Of a stretch of 26,881 nt of DNA, positions 18,766-25,630 are shown one piece after another; the stretch's first letter is position 1; every line of letters begins with the position of its first letter. The notes beneath the pieces are model-generated. The model saw only the letters and a list, made by a program, of their open reading frames with translations. It was not told the DNA's origin and did no database searches. The translations under genes were made by a program, and so were the position numbers. This DNA is from an uncultured Lachnospiraceae bacterium (GTDB lineage Bacteria > Bacillota > Clostridia > Lachnospirales > Lachnospiraceae), in the NCBI GenBank assembly GCA_964485435.1, contig CAZAKD010000001.1:1-26881 (forward strand), given 5' to 3'.

Positions 18766-18792
18766 TACTATCATAGAGTCAAAAAAGTTGCA
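18766..18792 (-). promoter_or_regulatory. Candidate ECF autoregulatory promoter
   Basis: Minus strand TGCAAC, 16 nt starting with T6, TAGTA; resembles SigV/SigW-type TG(A/C)AAC-N16-CGT(A/C), but the -10 deviates. Confidence 0.55.
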
Positions 18793-18849
18793 TTATTTTT
18801 AAAAATTAAAAATTTTCTGTGAGTGTAATGGTGAGAGATTACATTTTTC

Positions 18850-18877
18850 TTGTAATAAATGGTGAGTATGATATAAT
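18850..18877 (+). promoter_or_regulatory. SigA promoter for asnS
   Basis: TTGTAA, 16 nt, TATAAT, with a TATG extended -10. Confidence 0.7.
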
Positions 18878-18936
18878 AACGATAAACAATTTCGCTTGCT
18901 TGCAAGAGTGATAAATATTACAAAGGAGCTAAAAGT

Positions 18937-20328
18937 ATGACATTAACAACAGTAAGAGAATTATACAAGAATAGAGAACAATATATTGGAAAAGAGATAG
19001 AAGTTGGTGGGTGGATTCGAAGTAATCGTGACTCTAAAGCATTTGGCTTCATTGTATTACATGACGGGTCTTATTTTGACACACTACAGATCGTTTATCA
19101 TGATAAGTTAAGTAACTTTGGGGAACTTACAAAATTAAATGTAGGAACTGCTGTAATTATTAAAGGTGAATTAGTTGCAACACCTGAAGCAAAGCAGCCT
19201 TTTGAGATTCAAGCTAGTGAGATTATGATTGAAGGACATTCTTCAGCAGATTATCCTCTTCAAAAGAAAAGGCATAGTTTAGAATATCTAAGAACTATAT
19301 CACATCTAAGACCTAGAACCAATACATTTCAAGCGGTATTTCGTGTGCGCTCTTTAATCGCATATGCAATTCATCAATATTTTCAAGAGAAAGATTTTGT
19401 ATATGTTCATACACCATTGATTACTGGAAGTGATGCAGAAGGCGCAGGAGAAATGTTCCAAGTAACTACTCTAGATTTAAATAATGTGCCAAAGACAAAA
19501 GAAGGAAAGGTTGATTTTTCAGAGGACTTCTTTAATAAGCCAACGAATCTAACTGTAAGTGGACAATTAAATGGTGAGACTTTTGCTATGGCATTTCGTA
19601 ATATTTATACCTTTGGACCTACTTTTAGGGCAGAGAATTCTAATACTACAAGACATGCAGCAGAGTTCTGGATGATAGAGCCTGAGATTGCGTTTGCGGA
19701 TCTAGAAGATAACATGGAATTAGCAGAAGGTATGTTAAAATATGTGATTCGTTATGTATTGGAGCATGCACCAGAAGAGATGGATTTCTTTAATCAATTT
19801 GTAGATAAGGGATTATTAGATAGGATTAAACTTGTTGCAGATTCTGATTTTGGAAGAATTACTTATACAGAAGCAGTTGAGATCTTAATGAAAAATAACG
19901 ATAGATTTGAATATAAAGTTTCTTGGGGATGTGATCTACAGACAGAACATGAGAGATTCTTAACTGAGGAAGTATTTAAGAAACCAGTGTTTGTTACAGA
20001 TTATCCAAAAGAGATCAAGGCTTTCTATATGAAAATTAATGAAGACAATAAAACTGTTGCAGCGATGGATCTTCTTGTTCCAGGAATTGGAGAAATCATT
20101 GGTGGAAGCCAAAGGGAAGATGATTATGACAAGTTAACTACACGTATGAAAGAGATGGATCTTCATGAAGAAGAATATGATTTCTATCTTGATTTAAGAA
20201 AATACGGATCTACAAAACATGCAGGATTCGGATTGGGATTTGAAAGATGCGTTATGTACTTGACAGGAATGAGTAATATTAGAGATGTAATACCTTTCCC
20301 AAGAACAGTTAACAATTGTGAATTATAA
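18937..20328 (+). CDS. asnS: Asparaginyl-tRNA synthetase
   Basis: [48 protein letters not shown] and GFGLGFER. Confidence 0.97.
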   Translation: MTLTTVRELYKNREQYIGKEIEVGGWIRSNRDSKAFGFIVLHDGSYFDTLQIVYHDKLSNFGELTKLNVGTAVIIKGELVATPEAKQPFEIQASEIMIEGHSSADYPLQKKRHSLEYLRTISHLRPRTNTFQAVFRVRSLIAYAIHQYFQEKDFVYVHTPLITGSDAEGAGEMFQVTTLDLNNVPKTKEGKVDFSEDFFNKPTNLTVSGQLNGETFAMAFRNIYTFGPTFRAENSNTTRHAAEFWMIEPEIAFADLEDNMELAEGMLKYVIRYVLEHAPEEMDFFNQFVDKGLLDRIKLVADSDFGRITYTEAVEILMKNNDRFEYKVSWGCDLQTEHERFLTEEVFKKPVFVTDYPKEIKAFYMKINEDNKTVAAMDLLVPGIGEIIGGSQREDDYDKLTTRMKEMDLHEEEYDFYLDLRKYGSTKHAGFGLGFERCVMYLTGMSNIRDVIPFPRTVNNCEL

Positions 20329-20346
20329 AACTATATAAGAATGAAC

Positions 20347-20384
20347 AATAGCACATTGACAGTAAAATGTAGGTGTGCTATTAT
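20347..20384 (+). promoter_or_regulatory. asnS 3' hairpin containing the lacI-gtfA SigA promoter
   Basis: AATAGCACA...TGTGCTATT stem; TTGACA (20356-20361), 17 nt, TATTAT (20379-20384), with TG extended -10. Confidence 0.75.
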
Positions 20385-20395
20385 ATTTGAAAATG

Positions 20396-20409
20396 GGAAA
20401 GGGCTTTCC
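20396..20409. promoter_or_regulatory. LacI-family operator candidate
   Basis: GGAAAG-GG-CTTTCC just downstream of the -10; one base from the canonical CG-centred palindrome. Confidence 0.7.
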
Positions 20410-20431
20410 TGACCTGAAAAGGGGATAAATT

Positions 20432-21454
20432 ATGGCTATTACAATAGAAGATATTGCAAAAGAAGCAGGAGTCTCTATAGCGACAGTTTCTCGTGTTATG
20501 AATAATACAAAGGCAGTTAGTGATGAATTGAGAGATAGGGTAAATGCAGTAATTGAAAAAAATCAATTTAAACCTAATTCATTGGCGAGAGGACTGGCAA
20601 CCAATAAAACACAAAGTATCGGCATTATTATACCAGACATTAGTAATCCTGTATTTGCAACACTAGTAAAGGGAGCAAATGAGATATGTCATAAAAAAGG
20701 ATATACATTGATGGTTTCTGAATCTTTAGGAGAACGAGATAGAGAAGAAGAATTATTGCGTGGATTAGAAGAAAAGTATATAGATGGTGTGCTTTTAGCT
20801 GGAATATATGTTGATTCACAATTAGTAGAGATAGCCGAGAGCATGGAATATCCTGTAGTGCTGATTGGACAAGAAGATGTTGACAATTGTAATAAACTTA
20901 GCGTAGTTATTCATGACAATGAAGAAGCAACCTATGAAGCTACCAAGTTATTAATCCAAGCTGGACATAGGGAGATAGCCTATATTGGAGGGCCAGAACA
21001 TGATTATTCTTCAGGAGTGAAGAGATTCCAAGGTTATAAAAGAGCTCTAGAGGAAGAAGATATAAAAGCAAATGATTATATGGTCTATTATGGGGATTTT
21101 ACCTTATCTTCAGGATATAAAGGTATGGAGAAGATTCTGGAAGATAACAAGGATGTATTAACAGCAGTTATAATAGGAAATGATATGATGGCAATCGGTG
21201 CAATTCGCCTCATACGTGGGAAAGGGTTACAAGTTCCAGAAGATATCTCAATAATAGGTATGGACGGCATAGAGATAGGGGCCTATATTACACCTATGCT
21301 CACAACCATTGAGTTTCCTTATTATGAAGAAGGCGTAAAGGCAGCAAATGTACTTATGGATTACATTGATGGAAGGCAGAAGAAACCGAGATCCTATTAT
21401 TTAAAGCATAGATTAATTCAAAGAGAGAGTATAAGAACAAGAAAGGGACTATGA
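20432..21454 (+). CDS. LacI-family transcriptional regulator
   Basis: TIEDIAKEAGVSIATVSRV, PNSLARGL, VPEDISIIG and LTTI. Confidence 0.96.
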   Translation: MAITIEDIAKEAGVSIATVSRVMNNTKAVSDELRDRVNAVIEKNQFKPNSLARGLATNKTQSIGIIIPDISNPVFATLVKGANEICHKKGYTLMVSESLGERDREEELLRGLEEKYIDGVLLAGIYVDSQLVEIAESMEYPVVLIGQEDVDNCNKLSVVIHDNEEATYEATKLLIQAGHREIAYIGGPEHDYSSGVKRFQGYKRALEEEDIKANDYMVYYGDFTLSSGYKGMEKILEDNKDVLTAVIIGNDMMAIGAIRLIRGKGLQVPEDISIIGMDGIEIGAYITPMLTTIEFPYYEEGVKAANVLMDYIDGRQKKPRSYYLKHRLIQRESIRTRKGL

Positions 21455-21455
21455 T

Positions 21456-22865
21456 ATGAATATAAAAAACGAGGTAATGTTAATTACATATGCAGATAGT
21501 TTAGGAAAGAATCTTAAAGAATTGAAAGAAATCCTGGAGGCATATTATGAAGATGCGGTTGGGGGTGTGCATATTTTGCCTTTTTTTCCTTCTTCAGGAG
21601 ATAGGGGATTCGCTCCTTTAAGATATGATATAGTAGAAGAACAGTTTGGCACTATGGAGGATGTAAAAGAATTAGGTGAGCGATACTATCTTATGTTTGA
21701 CTTTATGGTGAACCATATCTCTAGACAATCAGAATTTTTTCAGGATTTTAAGGAGAAGAAGGATGATTCAGCTTATAAGGATCTATTTATCCGTTATAAG
21801 AACTTTTGGAAGCATGGAGAACCAACACAGGAAGAGATTGATATAATCTATAAAAGGAAACCAAGAGCTCCTTATTATGAAGTAGAATTCCAAGATGGAA
21901 CTAAGGAAAAGGTATGGTGTACATTTGATCAAGAACAGATAGACCTTAATATTGCCACTGATGTAACCAAAGATTTTATGAAAGAGACTCTAGAGTCTAT
22001 GTGTAATAATAATGCAAGTTTAATTCGCTTAGATGCGTTTGCATATGCTATAAAAAGGGCAGGAACCAATTGTTTCTTTATGGAGCCAGAAATATGGAAT
22101 CTTTTATATGATATTGAGAAGATTACTAAGGAGTATGGCGTAGAGATACTTCCAGAGATTCATGAACATTATACAATTCAGCATAAGATTGCTCAAAAGG
22201 GATTCTGGATCTATGATTTTGCTCTACCAGTGTTGGTTCTTCATGCCCTTTATTCCGGAAAAGGGGAAAACTTAAAACGTTGGTTGGATAGGAGTCCAAT
22301 GAAACAATTTACAACTTTAGATACTCATGATGGAATAGGAATCGTAGATGTAAAGGATCTAATGACGGATGAAGAGATAGAAGAAACAAAAGAGAATCTA
22401 TATACCAAAGGTGCCAATGTAAAGAAGATATACAATACAGCAGCTTATAATAACTTAGACATCTATCAGGTGAATTGTACATATTATTCTGCACTAGGTA
22501 ATAATGACAAAGCTTATCTATTGGCAAGGGCAATACAGTTCTTTGCACCAGGAATTCCACAGGTGTATTATGTAGGAATGTTAGCAGGGGAAAATGATAT
22601 CCCATTAATGGAAAGCACAAAGAACGGGCGTGATATTAATCGTCATTATTATTCTAAAGAAGAGATTCAAGAGGAAATGAGTAGAAAGGTAGTACGCGAT
22701 ATCAGGGATCTTATGAAATATCGTAATCAGAATCTTGCTTTTCATCTAGAGGGATCATGTACAACAAGTATAGAGGGGAGCAAGTTAGTAATTACAAGGT
22801 CTTATAAGGAATATAAAGCTGTATTAACTGCAGATTTATATTCCCATGAGTTTAGAATAGAATAG
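21456..22865 (+). CDS. gtfA: Sucrose phosphorylase (GH13_18)
   Basis: MLITYADSLG, DFMVNH, RLDAFAY (nucleophile), EIHEHY (acid/base), TLDTHDGIG and YNNLDIYQVNCTYYSALG. Confidence 0.92.
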   Translation: MNIKNEVMLITYADSLGKNLKELKEILEAYYEDAVGGVHILPFFPSSGDRGFAPLRYDIVEEQFGTMEDVKELGERYYLMFDFMVNHISRQSEFFQDFKEKKDDSAYKDLFIRYKNFWKHGEPTQEEIDIIYKRKPRAPYYEVEFQDGTKEKVWCTFDQEQIDLNIATDVTKDFMKETLESMCNNNASLIRLDAFAYAIKRAGTNCFFMEPEIWNLLYDIEKITKEYGVEILPEIHEHYTIQHKIAQKGFWIYDFALPVLVLHALYSGKGENLKRWLDRSPMKQFTTLDTHDGIGIVDVKDLMTDEEIEETKENLYTKGANVKKIYNTAAYNNLDIYQVNCTYYSALGNNDKAYLLARAIQFFAPGIPQVYYVGMLAGENDIPLMESTKNGRDINRHYYSKEEIQEEMSRKVVRDIRDLMKYRNQNLAFHLEGSCTTSIEGSKLVITRSYKEYKAVLTADLYSHEFRIE

Positions 22866-22893
22866 TTTAGAAGAAATATTAGAGATAAATAAT

Positions 22894-22953
22894 AAGAAAC
22901 TAGTTGCTTCATCAGTCAACCTTAAATAGTGATGAAGTATACTAGTTTCTTTT
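22894..22953. terminator. Bidirectional terminator between gtfA and queT
   Basis: AAGAAACTAGT/ACTAGTTTCTT and TGCTTCATCA/TGATGAAGTA stems, with A and T tracts on the flanks. Confidence 0.85.
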
Positions 22954-22965
22954 AAACAGAGAGAG

Positions 22966-23472
22966 TTAATGTTCTCCCTGTATAGATGTAGAATCTGAAA
23001 ATATGATATGTTTATATTTGTTTAATGCAAACAGTAACCCAAGTCCTATAACACCACAGGATATCACCTCACCAATTCCAATGGTTAGCATAAGAAATGG
23101 AATGGCATCTGGGATATCATAAGCGTAGCGAAGTACCCAAGGCACAATAATGGTATTTGCGATAATTGGAGGTAAAGGAACAAGGAATTTGTTACCTCTT
23201 AGCTTATAGGAACCGAAAGCAGCAATCAAAGTTGCAAGGGAGCCAAAGATAATATCAAGGATATGGCTTCCGACTAAGAAGTTGCCTAGGAAGCATCCAA
23301 CCCATAAGCCGGGTATAGCGGCGGGAGTAAAGTATGGTAGGATTGTGAGTGCTTCTGCGATTCTTGCCTGAATTGCTCCAGAACCGATTGGTTTAAAGGC
23401 AATGAGCAGTACGATATAAACTGCAGCAATCATTGCTGATTGCACCAAAAAAAGTAGCTTTTTGTTTTTCAT
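22966..23472 (-). CDS. queT: QueT queuosine-precursor transporter (ECF S-component)
   Basis: AMIAAVY, QARIAEALTILP, GCFLGN and GSLATL; lies directly downstream of a preQ1 riboswitch. Confidence 0.9.
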   Translation of the reverse strand: MKNKKLLFLVQSAMIAAVYIVLLIAFKPIGSGAIQARIAEALTILPYFTPAAIPGLWVGCFLGNFLVGSHILDIIFGSLATLIAAFGSYKLRGNKFLVPLPPIIANTIIVPWVLRYAYDIPDAIPFLMLTIGIGEVISCGVIGLGLLFALNKYKHIIFSDSTSIQGEH

Positions 23473-23480
23473 ATTTAATT

Positions 23481-23523
23481 CTCCTTTAGTTTTGTTTTAC
23501 GTGTGGAAGGTTGCGAACACACG
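23481..23523 (-). ncRNA. preQ1 class I riboswitch, translational
   Basis: CGUGUG-UUCGCAACCUUC-CACACG, then UAAAACAAAACUAAAGGAG. Loop CCUU can pair with AAGG of the SD sequence. Confidence 0.93.
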
Positions 23524-23571
23524 ATTTAAATAGCCCCAAGACCTTGTTTTTAGGGCGTTTATGACTGTTTT

Positions 23572-23599
23572 AGTATATCACGAAAAATGGGGTTGTCAA
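23572..23599 (-). promoter_or_regulatory. SigA promoter for queT
   Basis: Minus strand TTGACA, 16 nt, TATACT, with TG extended -10. Confidence 0.75.
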
Positions 23600-23601
23600 G
23601 C

Positions 23602-23681
23602 TTTGATTCAACTTTTGACTCAACTTTGGGAATAAGGAGATAAAACAGATAAAAAAGTATTTTTTGTTAATTAACATAGGG
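23602..23681 (+). repeat. Left copy of a degenerate ~80-bp direct repeat
   Basis: TTTGATTCAACT-TTTGACTCAACT ... CAGATAAAAAAG ... AATTAAC-ATAGGG. Confidence 0.65.
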
Positions 23682-23744
23682 CAGATATTATAATATAGGG
23701 ATAGAGTGCATTATTTCAAAAGAAAAAACATAAGGAGGCCGCTA

Positions 23745-23873
23745 ATGGAAAAGAGAAATTATTATTGTATTACATCATATAGGGTAAGTAACTATTTGAA
23801 TAAAAACATTTATCAAAGTTCTACCATCATAATTTTTATAAAAATAAGAGATATCTTCATTAGTCATATGTAA
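23745..23873 (+). CDS. Possible 42-aa small ORF or gene remnant
   Basis: Strong RBS TAAGGAGG 6 nt before ATG; MEKRNYYCITSYRVSNYLNKNIYQSSTIIIFIKIRDIFISHM; no recognisable family. Confidence 0.3.
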   Translation: MEKRNYYCITSYRVSNYLNKNIYQSSTIIIFIKIRDIFISHM

Positions 23874-24030
23874 AAATGAAATCAATTGACTATTTAGGGA
23901 GGATAATGGTAACGCATTAACAATGGCAGAATCTACTGTATATATTAAAGTAGCTATTGTGGCAATTATTAGTATTGATATATCGTTGGTATCTTGAATA
24001 AATGAATTTATGTTATATGTATGAAAAAAA

Positions 24031-24059
24031 TTGTTAAGACACAATTTATGTGTTATACT
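24031..24059 (+). promoter_or_regulatory. SigA promoter of the TA pair with an internal palindrome
   Basis: TTGTTA, 17 nt, TATACT, with TGTG extended -10; ACACA-N5-TGTGT at 24039-24053. Confidence 0.65.
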
Positions 24060-24091
24060 ATATTATAGAAATAAATTGGAGGTGTACAGTT

Positions 24092-24256
24092 ATGATATCA
24101 GCTCAAAAGGATATTAATAAATTAAATTCAAATGAAACAAAATTGGACTTGTATGCCTTGCTTGGAGAAGGATACAAAGCAATGAAAGAAGGACGAGAAA
24201 TTGGTATTGAGTCTTTGAAAGATAGAATCAGCCAAAGGAGAAAAGAGTATGAGTAA
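24092..24256 (+). CDS. 54-aa antitoxin-like protein resembling the C-terminal half of Phd/YefM antitoxins
   Basis: RBS GGAGGTG; KLDLYALLGEGYKAMKEGR; overlaps the toxin start by 8 nt. Confidence 0.7.
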   Translation: MISAQKDINKLNSNETKLDLYALLGEGYKAMKEGREIGIESLKDRISQRRKEYE

Positions 24257-24560
24257 AGTAATGTTTACTCAGCCAGCAGAATATGATTTAATAAGGATTG
24301 AGGATTATATAAGAGATATTTGATATAATCCTCAATCGTCTATAAAGGTTGTTGATGGGATTGTTGAAACTACTGAAAAGCTAGGACTTTTTCCAAAAGA
24401 GCATCAACTTGTAAATGACTTTTTGTTGGCTGAATTAGGTTTTCGGATGACTCATTATGACAACTATAATGTTTTTTATATCTACGATGAATTATTAGAT
24501 ATAGTACATATTATCAGAATCCTATATAACAGGGTGGACTGGCAAAACATATTGAAATAA
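24249..24560 (+). pseudogene. RelE/ParE-family toxin with in-frame TGA at codon 25 (not in ORF track)
   Basis: MSKVMFTQPAEYDLIRIEDYIRDI*YNPQSSIKVVDGIVETTEKLGLFPKEHQLVNDFLLAELGFRMTHYDNYNVFYIYDELLDIVHIIRILYNRVDWQNILK; TGA at 24321-24323; 104 codons including the final stop. Confidence 0.88.
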
Positions 24561-24561
24561 T

Positions 24562-24625
24562 AGGGACTATATACCTTGAGAAAAAAACAATTATTAAGGG
24601 ATAAAGAGAAATAGTCCTTTTTTTT
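24562..24625 (+). terminator. Terminator-like hairpin after the TA pair
   Basis: AGGGACTAT ... ATAGTCCTT with an inner CCTTGA/TTAAGG stem, then a T run. Confidence 0.6.
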
Positions 24626-24706
24626 GACTCAATTTTCTGACTCAACTCAGTATTTTCAGATGCAATCAGATAAAAAGTTATATACTGAATTAACCATTGC
24701 ATAAGG
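24623..24706 (+). repeat. Right copy of the degenerate ~80-bp direct repeat
   Basis: TTTGACTCAATT-T-TCTGACTCAACT ... CAGATAAAAAG ... AATTAAC-N6-ATAAGG. Confidence 0.65.
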
Positions 24707-24833
24707 TTTTCAGCAACGTATACTATAACTCATAAATATAGAAAAGGCAAGTGCTCTATAGAGTATTTTATTTCTATGATTTATTAATAAAATAGAGACA
24801 TTTTAGAAATAATAATACAATTAACCATAAAAA

Positions 24834-24849
24834 AAGGACATATGGGCTT
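24834..24849. promoter_or_regulatory. Imperfect palindrome, candidate Crp/Fnr-family operator
   Basis: AAGGACATATGGGCTT matches the palindrome AAGGACATATGTCCTT at 14/16, about 50 nt before the crp start. Confidence 0.4.
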
Positions 24850-24899
24850 AATGAAAATCCCTAAATATGATATATTTATTGTATAAGGAGGTGCACGAC

Positions 24900-25613
24900 G
24901 TGGAGCATAAAATATTAAAGGAATTATCTAAAGTTCCAGAGATAAACATTCAATATTTTGAACAATTATTTCAAGTAAATGCTTATTCTTTACTAGATAG
25001 TTGCAAAGTTGTCACCATATCAGAAGATACAAAATTTGTGTCCTCTCATGACAAGATTGATACCATCTGGATTCTTCTGGCTGGGAAAGTTAAAGCGTTA
25101 GAAGAGTATTCCACGGGAGATGTGTATGTATTTCAAAAGTTTTGTGCGCCAGAAGTATTTGGTGAGATGGAAGCCCTATCGGATATATGTAATTATCGAG
25201 CATCACTAATTACTGCATCAGAGTGCACCTTTATTAATGTACCTGTAACCATCTATCTAAAATTTCTTAAATCTAACTCAGAGTATCTATATCGCCGAAC
25301 CCAGGATACATTAAAGCGAGTCCTTGACGATGAGCGTGAAAAGAGAAGATATTTTAAGTTGAATGGTATTGATAGAATAAACTTATATTTTATACAGCAT
25401 TTTAAATTAAATATGATTGATGAGGTTTGTGTTATAAAAAGTACAAGACAAGAGATCGCTGATGAGATAGGATTCTCAATAAAAACAGTAAATCGTGCTA
25501 TAAAAAAACTGAAAGAACAAGGCTTGCTAAACATTGAAGGCCAAAAATTATTAATTACACATACTCAATACAATATGATGATAGAAAACATGAATGAGAT
25601 TGCAGATTTTTAA
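24900..25613 (+). CDS. Crp/Fnr-family transcriptional regulator
   Basis: cNMP-binding-like domain (WILLAGKVK, PEVFGEMEAL) and HTH TRQEIADEIGFSIKTVNRAIKKL. Start set at GTG 24900 to fit RBS AAGGAGGT; the track gives 24867. Confidence 0.92.
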   Translation: MEHKILKELSKVPEINIQYFEQLFQVNAYSLLDSCKVVTISEDTKFVSSHDKIDTIWILLAGKVKALEEYSTGDVYVFQKFCAPEVFGEMEALSDICNYRASLITASECTFINVPVTIYLKFLKSNSEYLYRRTQDTLKRVLDDEREKRRYFKLNGIDRINLYFIQHFKLNMIDEVCVIKSTRQEIADEIGFSIKTVNRAIKKLKEQGLLNIEGQKLLITHTQYNMMIENMNEIADF

Positions 25614-25630
25614 AGAAAGGTAGTGGAATA

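Noticed and set aside
18828-18866. ATGGTGAG repeated twice between the ECF gene and asnS
   Set aside because: Only 8 bp and two copies; chance cannot be excluded.
18878-18936. T-box or other attenuator upstream of asnS
   Set aside because: The leader is only ~55 nt, with no T-box consensus or terminator.
24321-24323. TGA as selenocysteine or an alternative genetic code
   Set aside because: TGA is the true stop of several genes here (kinase, rluA, cotS-like, ispE, lacI); no SECIS-like hairpin is evident, and Sec has no known role in this toxin family.
24712-24735. dif-like XerCD site next to the right repeat
   Set aside because: Shares only TTATG (minus strand) with Firmicute dif; the 11-6-11 symmetry is absent.
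23558-24735. Inverted-repeat ends (TTATGACTGTTTTAGTATA versus reverse complement of TATACTATAACTCATAA) as IS/MITE termini
   Set aside because: Needs gaps, is AT-rich, overlaps the queT promoter, and has no target duplication or transposase.
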